Assembly: GCA_016748015.1 (NCBI GenBank)
Contig: JAAOMT010000183.1
Coordinates: forward strand, 379,313 to 443,312
Direction: 5' to 3'
Length of the DNA: 64,000 nt
DNA from: Geosiphon pyriformis uo1
Taxonomy: Eukaryota; Fungi; Glomeromycota
How positions within the stretch are numbered: position 1 is the stretch's first letter; each line of letters starts with the position of its first letter. The notes below the pieces were generated by a model. It did no database searches and was not told the DNA's origin. It saw only the letters and a list, made by a program, of their open reading frames with translations. Of this stretch, positions 14,401 to 27,645 are shown one piece after another. Made by a program: the position numbers and the translations under genes.

Positions 14401-15010
14401 TATAGTTTTTTTTTATGAAATTGCTTTTTTTATTTTTTAATTATTAATATAGATTGTAATGGTTAGTTTAATGATTTAATATTAAGGATTAACACCATGT
14501 TCCATAAAAAAATTTGTAACAACTCCGATTAATCAAATAATATAATATTTTTATTGATTAAAATAATAATAATACATCATTTATAATTTATATAATTTGT
14601 AGCCAATTATAAATAGTGTAACTATTCACATTTTGTCACGTAACTTCCAATTTTTTACTTCAAAACAGTTTTCAAGACTTTAAAAAAAACGCTTGTTTTA
14701 TGAAAATGAATATAGAGCTATGTATACAAGATATAAACTATATTTTTTAATATTATAATTAATTGTATGAATAATTTTTTTATTAAACTGGTTCATATAT
14801 TATATTAAATCAAACATTTGATATAAATTAGCACAAAAAGAAATATCCAAGTTGTTTTTAAAAGAAGATATGTATAAAAATAATTATAAAAAATACAGGT
14901 TTAAATGTTAAAATTATTCTTATTTCTAATATAAAATTTATTTTTAATTTAAAAATTTGTAGAATTGCTTTATTAAGCATTTTAAGATAATATAAAGATA
15001 TAACTAAATT

Positions 15011-18000
15011 TAGGGTTCCGATTGAACCGAACTGAACTGAACTTTGGGTGTTGTTCAAGTTCGGTTTGAATTACGAACCAAACTTGAACTGAACCAATTT
15101 TTCAAAGTAGGTTCGATTCGAGTTCAGCATTGAATCTTTTTGACAAGTCTGAGTTTGGTTCAAGTCTAAAAAAAGATATAACTTGTACTACTTGTTCATC
15201 AATCATTACTTTGTTTAATTACTATAACCAATTAAAGAGGTATATAAAACTATGCATGTATAACAACTCCACTCTCCAACTTACCAAAATGAATTCATTG
15301 TCAGCATCATCCAATGTTACCGAAGATTCAAAATCCAAAATAACAGAATTTGATAACCCAAATAGTCCAAATATTAATATATTTGGTAAACATAGTTTTT
15401 AAAGTGAAGTATGGGACTATTTTGATAAGTTTGAGTGGATGAAAGAAAAAAAAACCAGCTAAATGTACAGTCTCAAAATGTGTGCATAAACCATTTTCTT
15501 ACAGAACTATGGTGTTACCCGAGTAGAAAAACCAATCCGAAAAATATTGGAAAAAAACATGATTAAAAAATGTGATAACTTAGAAAAACGTGATAATGCA
15601 AAATAACACAGAATAATACATTATAACTCAAGATAACACGAAATAACACACAATAATGTGAAATAGCACAGAATAACTAGCTGTAACATAGGATAATTAG
15701 TTATAGTATGAAAGAACAAAGCAACAACAGAAATAACAAGCAATAGCTAGTAATAACAAGCAATCGAAAGCAATCTTGTAAAACTAGAGATATGTATAAA
15801 AACGAGTAATTTTAGCAGAGTAGAAAAACAGACAGACAGATAGAAATAAATAGAAAATACATTCTTTTATCCATATCTATCAAATCCATCTTATCTATAC
15901 ATCTATATTATCTCAAATAAAGAAAATATTTGAAATCAAAGAAATTACTTATTTATGATCCATGAATTCTGTGTTTAAACCAAACTAATCATTCTCTTAC
16001 CTTCGTTCCTGGGCAGATGCTCTTAGCATAAAATGCCTCAAACAATAACAATTTGGACCAATTGCTCTTAATTATGGTAATTAACAATACTAATTTCTTT
16101 TATTTTTCTTTTCTTTTATTTTTCTTTTTTTTTTCTCTTTTCTTTTTTTTTCTTTTTTTTCTTTATTCTCTTGTGGAGTGACAACATTGTAAAATCAACT
16201 GTCTGGGAATAAACTTTGTGATAGCCTGGTAAAAGAAAAAAGCTCCTTCTAGGATTAAATATTAACATTATCTTGTTAGCTTACCAGAAGAGTAAAAAGA
16301 CACTACCAAACTCTAGTAACTGCACTTAACTAGTTCAGAGAAAATAGCTTATATACTTAAACTGCAAACAGCCAAAACACCTCTTTGTGTTTTATAATCA
16401 AAGAACTCTATAGATAAAACTAGTAAAAAAATTTTAAAGATTGATATTACCAACTCATCTTAAGTATTTAAGATAGAAATTTTCAAGCTCCCTATTATTA
16501 AAATTTAAAGCACCAAATGTTATCACAATACCTTCATTAAGTTTACCTGTAACAACAGATACTATCAAACCTTTATAATATTATTTAGAGGTTTTTTATC
16601 AGACAGTATATGTTACAATAGAAGAATATCATAAGAAAAGACAAAATATTCAGAAAGATTACAAGTCAATTAAAAAAATGTTTTAACAAGTAAGATTGCT
16701 ATTTTTTTATAATTTTTGGCCAATTTAACTAGAAAACTGCTTTAATCTTCTGTAGTAACTACTATTAACATTAATAATGAAAAACTTTATAACATAATTA
16801 CTATTTGGTTTATTAATTACCAATAACTACTTTTTATAATAAAAGATCTTAAATTAATTAAAATATTCTAATATTTGAACCCCACTTCTCAATCTGTTTG
16901 TGTTAATACAATTAAAAATAGTGTCATAAAACTCTATGTTTTAAGTAGACAAAAATTAAATATAAGCACTACTTTTATTATAAAATATTTTTTTTTTATC
17001 TATACTTATAATATAATAAGCATACTTAGGTATAATTAAATCCAAAATTTTTTTTACATTAGATTTTTGAACATCTTTCAATAATAAAGTTTTTGTTTCT
17101 ATTATCACTTATTATATTAATAACAATTAGAATCTTTAATAAACAATAATTAATTTTGAATTAATGAATAAATAACATAATAGAATAAATATTACAAATA
17201 GAATTTTTAAAATATTAAAAGATTATAAAATTATATTAAAAATATGTACATATATTTTTGCATAAATTTGAATTAGTTAATGGCCAATAATAAGATTAAC
17301 ATACTATATAGCATATTAGTATTATCTGAAGTTTAAAATTACCATAGTGCTTATATTATTAAAAATTATATTTTCTCAATGTTAGTTTAAATTGGTTTTT
17401 ATCATTATTCTAAAGCTGAATTTTTGATATTAGCATTATTTAAAATTCAAATTTATTATAGTGCTTATATAATTAAAAACAATATTTTCTTAATATTAAC
17501 TTAAATGGTTTTTATTATTGCCTTAAGCCAAATTTTTAGCCAAAAAAATTAAAAAAAAAGTTTTAAAAAAATTATACTTATTTTTTTTTATACAAGTTAT
17601 TATTAATTTTATTAATTATAACTGACAGTTTCTTGCTATTACTCTCAATAATATTACAAATAATAATACTTTTAAAAAAAAATTAATGAAAAAATTAGAA
17701 AAAAAAAACATTTAATGAAACTTGAAGGATCTTTAATTTTAATGCTTTGATTATATTTTAAACTTAAAAGTACAGACTAGACAAAATAAAGAATAATATT
17801 TCTAAGATATTTGTTAAAACTTAAACCAAATATATTTATCTAAAATTTTTCTAATGTAAACTTTATATAAATTAAAGATTAGAGAATTTAACTTTGCAAT
17901 TTATATCTTGTCTTAATGTTTTAAGCTTTTTGAACATGTATGTAATATATGTTAAATTAAATACTATAAACTTATTCTAAATTGTTCTATCTGGTAGAAT

Positions 18001-19152
18001 TTTATTTATAACATAATCAGAAATAAGTTATTTTTTAAATCAGCAAGTTATTTATTTTTAATTCTGTATATTTTTAAATACAAAAATTCTAACTGTAAAT
18101 TTATAGGCATTAAACACTTTTACTAGCATTTATATTAATCTTTATCAATATGTTATTTTATATAATTAATAGACTGTTTTTGATAAAATTAATAAATTTT
18201 TTAAACTATTTAAAGATATTATGATTAAAATATTAGCCAGTTTAAATAATACTGCCTCCTTAATTATTCACTTTTTTAATATTATTTTTAATCACATTAA
18301 AAACACAGTTAATAATAATAAATCTAGTAAAGTATTATAATCTTGATTGTATTTATTTAATTATTTATTTAAAATATTTAATATTAAATCTATTATTTGT
18401 TATGATGACTAAAGCAGCAAGAAAAAAGTTAGTTGAATATTACTTTAAAATAAATACAATTGTAATGCTCTGTATTGTATTAGATTCAAAGAAAAAATTT
18501 TATTATTTTACAAAAAAAAAATTTTCAGATGATAATATTAATAAAATAAAAAAATTATAAGTTATTAATTTATTCAAATGGTTTTATTTTTCAACTTTTA
18601 CACAATAAATAAATCTTTAAAATATATACTTTTTTTGAAACAAAGTACATACTGAATATTATATTAATATCAAATAATAATTTTTTGTTGAATTACAATT
18701 TTAATAATACTATAATATTAGTTACACAATTCATATTAGAAACAGACTTTAATAATGATAGAAAAAAAAAACTTGATAAAATTAATTGTTATATTTCTGA
18801 AAAAATAACCAATAGAAAAATAGATATAATAGTATAATTACAAATATAAGGTCATTTTTAGTGCCTAAAATTATAAAAACAGCATAATATTTTCAATTAT
18901 GAATGCAAGAATTATTAAAAAAAAATTAAATAATAATATAATATAATATAATATTTTTAATAGTCGAATCTGAACATATTTATAAACTTTAAACTAAACT
19001 TAAATCAGACTTGTTATATATATTTGAGTTTGATTCAAGTTTAATAATTTTAAGTTTGATTTGAGTTTGAGTTTGAAATTTTGTCAAATTTTCTGTTCAG
19101 TTTAATAGTTCAATTGAATTTGAACAAAATCAGACTGAATATTAGAATCTTA
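15011..19152 (+). mobile_element. hAT DNA transposon copy 1 (decayed; BED finger interrupted by a solo LTR)
   Basis: Left TIR TAGGGTTCCGAT with gaaccgaact subterminal repeats; decayed right TIR attagaatctta; 8-bp TSD actaaatt/attaaatt. Transposase BED motif SEVWDYF...KC..SKC. Internal ~115-bp tandem duplication at ~17320-17540. Confidence 0.85.
15513..16554 (+). mobile_element. Solo LTR of a Ty3/Gypsy-related family
   Basis: TGTTAC...GTAACA termini; flanks atgg/acag (both derivable from ACGG). Removing it restores the transposase frame. Shares gatagcctggtaaaaga and gcttaccagaagag with the LTRs of element B. Confidence 0.85.
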
Positions 19153-20865
19153 ATTAAATTAAATAATTAAAGTTTTATAAATTATTATAATTTTAATTAT
19201 ATTTACTTTAAGTTTTTTATTTTTTTATTATTTAATTATAAATAAAAATATAATTATTAATTGTAATTTTATATTTATATTAAATTTTTATATTTTTTTT
19301 ATTTAATTATAAGTTTTTATATTAATTATATCTTTACATTATGGAAAAAAGTTAATATAATTATAAAGATTTATAATAAACAATAAAAGTTAAGAATTAT
19401 TTGAAAAAAACTTAAATTATACTCAGATAATAATATTAAACATTGTGGTTTTATATATAAATTTAATAGTTATTATAAACTAAAAAAAATAAGTTTATAT
19501 TTACAATTATTATAATTGTAAACCAAAATACCAAAAATATAAATAATATACAAATATTAACTATAAAAAATACTTGTTAAATAATTTTTAAATTCTTAAT
19601 AATATTTACAATCATTTATTATACTAAAATGCTAAAAAATATTTTTTAATATATTGAATTATTTTTGAAAACATTTTTAAAAAAATTTAATTCTTTATAA
19701 AACATAAAAAATTATTAATTATTATTTAAAAAAATCTATTAAAAACAAAATTTTTAACAAAATTTATTAATAATTATAATTCATTATAAACAATAATATA
19801 CAGCTAATTTTTATTTTACAAATATTTATATTAAATAAAACAACTGAATTTTATATATAAATTTTAAAATATACAAAAAAATAACAATAACTAAATAATT
19901 AGTATTTATTACTAATATAATTTTATAATAAATACAATAATTAATTAAATATATAAAATAACTTTTCTGATTTATTATATTTTTTATTTTAATAAAAAAA
20001 TGTCAAAAAACTTTAAATTTAAGACTTTAATTTAAAGCAAAATAGAATTATTTTTTTAAATATTGTATTTTATTATCTTTTATAAGAATTATATTAATTA
20101 ATAATTTTTTTTTAATATTAATAAACAAATAATTCAATAAATTATTCTTTATATTGTATTGTAAATTAAATATAATTAAATATTATTAATATTTATAATA
20201 AGATAAATTAAATATATTTAAAATTATTTTAGTAATTACTTTTAACAATAAAAATTTTAATATTTAAAATTTTAGTTTTAATATAATAAATTTATTAAGA
20301 ATTTGTAAAATTAATAATTAAAAATTTATATTTATAATAATAATAATTAATTTAATTTATATTTTTGTTTATATATTTTTAATATATCTTATAAAATTAT
20401 TTGTTTTTATTATTTTAAATAATAATATATTTAAAAATTATAAAATTTTACATATAAATAATACTTTATATTAATATATTAATAAATAAAAAGATATTAG
20501 TATTATTAAATTTAAATGTTTTATAAATCCAAAAATTATAAAAAATTACTTAAATAAAATACTTATATTAAATTATATTTAAAATTGTAATATATGTTTA
20601 TATTATACAATACAAAAAAAATTCAAATATAATAAAATGTAAAAACTTATATAATAAATAATTTAACTTGTTATTAAAAATAATAATTATATTAAAAAAG
20701 TAATATAATTAAAAAAATCTATAAACCAATACAAAAAAATATTTATTGTTTCAAAAAAAACCAAGTTTTTATAAATAATAATTAAGTAAATAATATTAAT
20801 AAAAAAAATAAGTTTAAACAATTTAAAAAATTTTTAATATCACAATATAAAAGATAACTAAAAGT

Positions 20866-22850
20866 TAAAGTTTCAATTAAACCAAATTAAACCAATTTTT
20901 CAAAGTAGATTTGGTTTGAATTTGGTATTAAACCTTTTTGACAAATCTGAATTCAGTTCAAGTCTGATTCAAAATTTACAAACTTGTTCAAGTTCAATAA
21001 AATTAAAAAAATATATAACTTATACTATTTGTTTAGCCAAAAAGATTAAAAAAAAAGTTTAAAAAAAATTACACTTACACTTTTTTTATATAAGTTTATC
21101 ATTAATTTTATTAGTTATAATCGAATTTTTTTTTGACAGCTTCTTGCTATTATTTTCAATAATGTCACAAATAATAGTACTTTTATAAAAGAGTTAATAA
21201 GAAAATTAAAAAAGAAAAACATTCAATAGAACTTAGAAAATTTTTAATTTTGATGCTTTAATTATATTTTAAACTTGGCAATGCAAATGGCTCTAGATAA
21301 AATAAAAAAAGATGTTTTAAAGATATTTGTAAAAATCCAAACTGAATATATTTATCTAAAAATTTTTTAATATAAACTTTGTATAAATTAAAAATTAAAA
21401 AACTTAATTTTGCAATCTGTATTTATTCCAATGTTTTAAGTTCCTTAAACATATTTGTAATGGATTTTAAATTAAAACCATAAACTTATTCTAAATTATC
21501 TCATCTAGTAAAATTTTACTTATAATATAATTAAGAATAAGTTATTTCTTAAATTGTTAAGTTATTTATTTCAAATTCCATATATTTGAATACAAAAATT
21601 TTAACTGTAAATTTATAGGCATTAAATACTCTTACTAGTACTTATATTAACTTTTATTAATATGCTATTTTACATAATTAGTAAGCTGTTTTTGATAAAA
21701 TTGCTAAATTTCTTGAATTATTTAAGAATATTATAGTCAAAATATCAGCCAGTTCAAATAATACTGTCTTTTTAATTATTTTTCTCTTTAATATTATTTT
21801 TAATTATGTTAAAAATATGGTTGATAATAATAAATCTGATAAAGCATTATAATTTTGATTGTATTTATTTAGTTATTTATTTAATATATTTAATATTAGA
21901 TTTATTACTTGTTATGATGGCTAAAACAGCAAAAAAAAAGTTGGTTGAATATTATTTTAAAACAAATACAACTATAATATTCTGTACTGCATTGAATCCA
22001 AGAAAAAAACTCTATTATTTTACAAAAAAAATTTTTTAGATAACAATATTAATAAAACAAAAAAATTATAAGTTATTAATTTATTTAAATAATTTTATTT
22101 TCCAACTTTCACATAATAAATAAACCTTTAGAATATGTAATTTTTTTGAAACAGAGTACACATTAAATATTATACAACATCAAATAGCAGTTTTTTGTTA
22201 AATAACAATTTTAATAATACTATAGTATTAGTTATACAATCTATATTAGAAACAAATTTTAATAATGATATGAAAAAAAAACCTTGATAAAATTGATTAT
22301 TATATTTCTGAAAAAATGACCAATAAAAAAATAGATGTAATAGTATGGTGAAAAATATATTACAAAAAATATTTATCTAAATTAACATTTTATTAATAAT
22401 TTGATATTTAGATATATTAAACACAATTTCTTTATTTTGCATGTATAGCTTATAATTATTTGGTAATTTAAGGATCTTTTGTTGTTTTTAAACACACATT
22501 TTTTGCAGGTAAAAATATGATTACAGATATAAGATCTTGCTTAGTACTTAAAACTATAAAAGCAGCATAATGTTTTTAATTATAAATACAAAAACTATTA
22601 AAAAAAAATTAAATAATAATATAATATAATATAATATAATGTTTTTAATAGTTGAATTTAAACATGTTCATAAACTTTAAACCAAACTTGAACCAGACTT
22701 GTTGTCTGTATTTAGGTTTGATTTAAGTTCAATAATTTTAAGTCTGATTCAAGTTCAAGTTCAAAATTTGCCAAATCTTCTGTTTAAGTTCAGTTCAGTT
22801 TGGTGGTTCAATTGAACTTGAACTAAACTGGACTAAACATTAGAACTCTA
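20866..22850 (+). mobile_element. hAT copy 2, internally deleted derivative of the same family
   Basis: Decayed TIRs taaagtttcaatt / attagaactcta; 8-bp TSD ctaaaagt/ctaaaagc. Colinear with 17535-19150. Retains a hATC dimerisation remnant (AGKNMITDIRSCL.LKTIKA) at ~22340-22580. Confidence 0.85.
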
Positions 22851-24089
22851 CTAAAAGCCATATAAAAAATATATTTGTAATATATTTAGTTAATTAGAAC
22901 ATAATATTACAAAATATTAAAATTTTTAAGTATAATTTATTTTATTTATGATTTAATTTTAATTTAATTTATCCAATATTTTTTTTAATAAAAACACAAA
23001 AATACATGTAATAATTAAATTATTATTATTTAATTATTTGTTTTTTATTTAAAAAGTATTTATATAATATCTGATAAAATATGTGCAAAGTTGGCTTAAT
23101 AATAACTATATTTTTTATAACTCTGAATTTACCACAATTTTGTTTAGAAAAAAAACTAATAATATTATAATATTCATATCTGGTGTCTTTTTTTAATTGT
23201 TCATGACTAATATATAATATGTAATAGTTAAATTTTAATAAAATTTTCAACTTTAGTCAAAGCTATTTCTGAAGTTGTTTTATATAACAAGCTGTTATAT
23301 TTACATTTATTCTAATATTAATATATGTAAATTTTTTAAATTAAAAATAAAATTCAAATTGCTATTTTTTTAATTAAATAAAACAACATATTTTATATGT
23401 TATAATAAAAATTGATTATTTCAATATTTTAATATTATTTAAACAGCTTTTTGTTTTTTGTTTTTTATTATTAATACAAACTGCACTAATTTTTTCAAGT
23501 TTAATGCTGCCATTGAAATAAATTCAAATTAACACAATACATTTGTTATGTCAAACTTCAAAAGTGTAATTGGATACAATTGGAATTAGTATTATTCTTA
23601 TTAATTTAGTTGTAATCTGTACTCACAAATTTACTTAATAAATTAAAAGCAACAACATATGCATGTAAACTGTGTAAGAAGAATTATTTAGATAAGAACA
23701 CTAAGTTTCAACTTTAAGTCTATGAGCCATGGGATAATTTCCATAATGTCATAAATTCATTTATCTTTTTTGATAAAGACATTCCGGGTTTCACATATAC
23801 ATAAATATTCAGGTAAATCTGAATATAACTGAATAGTTTCAAGGAAATTTTAATTTAAATTGGGCCAAATATCATAAGTTGCTTTATATCTAAAGAAGCA
23901 TTACCCTGACTTCATTTGGGTTATAAGAAAGAGAGCCTATGTTTTATATTATTGGATCGTGGAGCTGTTACAGTACCCCTACTTCCAAATGCAGTTGTAG
24001 TAATTAATTGTGTAATTGCATTTAAGATTCTTAAATTAAAGAAATCTCAATTTGACACTACGAAAACATCAAAAGCTCGAAAAATTGAT

Positions 24090-24600
24090 ATGTGCTAAAA
24101 TTGTACAAGACTTTTTAACTTGACCGGCAAGAATCTTAATTCATATCAATTATTGGAAACAGACTGTAATGATTTGGTTAAAAAAATTTTAGAATTGATG
24201 CTTGCATGATACCTATTTATTGGCTTTTCAAAAAATCAGCTACCCTTCAAAAAAATGTTCTTCTCACACTTGAAAATAATAATTTTGCGGCTATAAAATG
24301 CCTATTGGATTATCACACCGAAAACGCCTTTGATAATATTGGATTGATGAACACTATCACTCCAGGTTTGCCATCAATACAAAGAGCATTTCCAGGTTTG
24401 GTATAATCCTTGTTCAAAATCTTCATCCTAATAGGACTCTTTTCCCAAAATGTATTTGGAATTAAACCTGGATAAATCTCATTTAGGTGTCATTCAACTT
24501 GAACCTCCAAATCAAAGCTTTCACAATTGATATTAATCTCTTTCGAAGGAAAAACACCTTTCAAAAACTAGAACTCATCGTTTTTTAGAGAAAGGCTCGA
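24090..24600 (+). pseudogene. Degenerate coding fragment, possibly from the N-terminal region of an AMF-expanded TRP-channel-like family
   Basis: KCLLDYHTENAFDNIGLMNTITPGLPSIQRAFP followed by stops. Family call is from recalled resemblance only. Confidence 0.25.
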
Positions 24601-24609
24601 TTTTTTTAA

Positions 24610-24915
24610 GTTGTGGAATGGGTTCACACAGAAAAAAATTTAAAACTATGGATGGGCCAGAATCCCCGACCTTAATTCCATAGAAAATATCTGGAAGCTA
24701 ATGAAGGATAAAATCCAGATGCGCAAAATTTCCGAAGACTAAGAGAACTTAGGCTGCTCCAAGAGAGGGGTGGTCTAATTTTAATACTTCAATTCTTCGG
24801 GAAGTTGTGGACCCAATGCCGCGAAAAATTAAAAGAATTTTGGATGTGAATGGAGCCGACAAAATATCAATATATTCAATAAAAGATTCGGGCGTTATTT
24901 TCCGAGACAACTGTA
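24610..24915 (+). mobile_element. Tc1/mariner 3' fragment
   Basis: Frameshifted SPDLNSIENIWKLMKDKI...VDPMPRKI...NG..TKY transposase C-terminus, ending ...gacaactg followed by TA. Confidence 0.8.
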
Positions 24916-25218
24916 CAAGCTAGGAAGAGATCAAATATACTTCATTGAACTGGAAATCGGAAACCAACATTTTGCAGTAGCCAGTTCCATTTGACAATTC
25001 AAATATTTAAAAGGAATTATAATGTGAGCTGTTAGCCCCGTAATAAATACATTTAAGGGTTAAGATCGCTCTGTATTCGAAATACCCACATATTGGTTAA
25101 AATTTTGATTATAAATTTGCCAGGCTCCGTTTATTTAATGAATTTATGAAAATGCCACAAGAGACGACTTCTATCCGAAGCTTTAAATATTCTCAAAACC
25201 ATTCCATGAGAGTTTAAG

Positions 25219-26928
25219 TTAAATATGACTCAATTCAACAGCATAACTGACAGATAACTATTAAGGATAGCAATGGTAAGCTCATGATTGTCAAAGAAAT
25301 TTTCGTGACCCAATTTTGAAGCTGAAAAATATTTTGAAAACTTGCCTTTGAAAATTCGAGCATATGATTGAAATCGAGGTTTTTGATGACATCGTTAGAT
25401 GTGTGAATGTATGGGTTGCTGTCATGAAATTCACTTTCAATTGTAAAGGCAGATGGGTATCCAGCCTGTAAAGGTATTTTGATCGGAGAAAATTAATCCC
25501 AAAGAACGATATATAATCAGATGAACTTTAATTTGAACTCACCTTTCGCCAAGATGCATGATCAGAACAGGCATACCTTTAAAAGGGGTATAAAAATGTA
25601 TTTGGGTTAATCGAATTTTTCGACATTATTAATGATTTAAATTTTGGCAAATGTAAATTAAAATCCCCTCACCCGCATTCGGTATCTTTCCAGGGGATTT
25701 TAGCATATTTCTCGACGAGTGCTTTGATAAAGACTGTCAATTGAGGGTCAACGTAGTCTGTAATAATGCCAAAAGATTCTGGCTTTTTGCCGACGTAACC
25801 AGTCATATCGTTCTATAAAATAAAGCAAGGTTAAGTTTTATCTAATTCAAATGTACGTTTTCATATAAAAAACCTATACCTGCAACATGGCAATGACATC
25901 CCTGCCTTGTTTCTCGTATTCTATAGCGATGGCTTGAGAGCCGAGTAAACCACCTTCTTCGGCAGAATACCAATGAAATTCCACAGGACGTACGGGTTTG
26001 AACCCACCTTTAACCAATACACGGAAAGCTTCAAGAATAGTGACCGTACCGCTCCCATCATCGTCAGCTATCCATCAAAGATTTCATTAATTCTCATTTT
26101 GAATTTTATAATATCGAATAAAAATAATACATACCACCAGGTGCACTTCCAAACGATGGAAACCACATATTAACAGAGTCCTGATGAGCGCCAACAATCA
26201 CAACTTCATTTTCCTTATTCGGTTCAGTTCCATTAAACCTAGCGATAATTGAATTTTGTCCCCAGTTATGCTTGAATTTTCTTACAGATACCACGTTTTT
26301 GTCCGGAGCTGTCGCGATGATATCAGCTATTTTTTCGTAAAGCCAATCTGAAGAGGAGGCACCAGATCGTGATTTGTAGTAACGGGTACGGAAAGAAGTA
26401 AATTTTTCCAGGTTTTCTTGCATATATTTAGTGGTCAAGTCAGCAAGGAAAGGAGTTACTTCTTCCTGGAATTTTGGTTCGACTGGGAATTCTGAGTTAA
26501 AAATCAGAAAAGCAAGAGATTTTGAGGTTTGTATTTTATAAAAGAAATCAAATATGAAATACATCCTCGTCGTTTCAATCGAAAACGTGATCATACTTAC
26601 CGCGTGTTTTCCCATTATTTATTTTGAAAGTTTTACCCAAATCCTCATAATCAGTAATATCCATAAACTTGACTCGTTGCCGAAACAATTCCCAGATTTC
26701 ACTTTCCGTCATCCATACTGCGGGTTTATTTTCGGCGGTTTGAATGAGCCTTAAGTCCTCGCTATCTTCATCATTGGTGTTCTTGATGACAGTAAGTGAT
26801 TTGACCGGTTCGACTTGATGTTGAAACTTTATCGTGATACGATGATGAAATATCTCTGTACTTGGTAACGCCAAGACGGATGCTGGTAAAGCAACAAGCA
26901 AAGACACAAGCGACAATAATTTAACCAT
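25219..26928 (-). CDS. Secreted M28 leucine aminopeptidase (LAP1-like), multi-exon
   Basis: Signal peptide [20 protein letters not shown]; M28 motifs [52 protein letters not shown]; C-terminus [12 protein letters not shown]. Last intron is GC-AG (25345-25258); probable 5'UTR intron ~27033-26941. Confidence 0.93.
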
Positions 26929-27645
26929 ATTTCTTGAACCCTGTTTTCTTAAAGAAATTAAAATAAAAAATTAAAGCCATTACACATATTATAAATTTTA
27001 CGAAAATTGATAAAATTTTGATTCCCAACTTACCTTCAAATATGGAAAAAATATTTCAAGCTGACTTTAAAAAATTCCCCTTAAATACCAAAAAAAAATT
27101 CCATTCCCCTTATTGCCATATGTCACCTACCCATTAGGCCCGTAAGTAAGTCTCATGCCCTCGCACGAAACAAGAATCAGTCTGAGAGACTTCCATAAGA
27201 GGCTACTACTTTATTCGGCTGGTTTCTGGTGTGACGTTTCGTTCTTTTTCATTTTGAGTGACGATGTTTTACTTAATGAGGATAGCGCAAAATTTTTCGA
27301 GACAATTAAGCAGGAATGCCTTATTGAACAGATAAAAATGTAAGCCTTACTAGCTTTTTTCAAAAGCAAAAAAAACTAGGACAAAATTAAATAAGTTTTG
27401 ATTTACTAACAGTCTTAAAAAATTGAATCGTAATCATTAAATTTAAGTAATTTGAAAAATCTAACTTTCAAAATGAAAATAACTGAATAACTTTTTTGTA
27501 TTTATGGCTTCAAATTTAAACTTACGTCATTTTTTTATTATTAAATATAATTTATTCAATATTTATTGAATATAAAAGTTTTTATTAATTGAAATTATGA
27601 TTTTTCAATTGGGTTTAAATATTTTTCCAATATTTGTATTACAGA

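Noticed and set aside
19160-20860. Extremely AT-rich tract (also 54130-56700 and 62620-63600)
   Set aside because: Probably terminally decayed repeats, but no boundaries or motifs could be supported.
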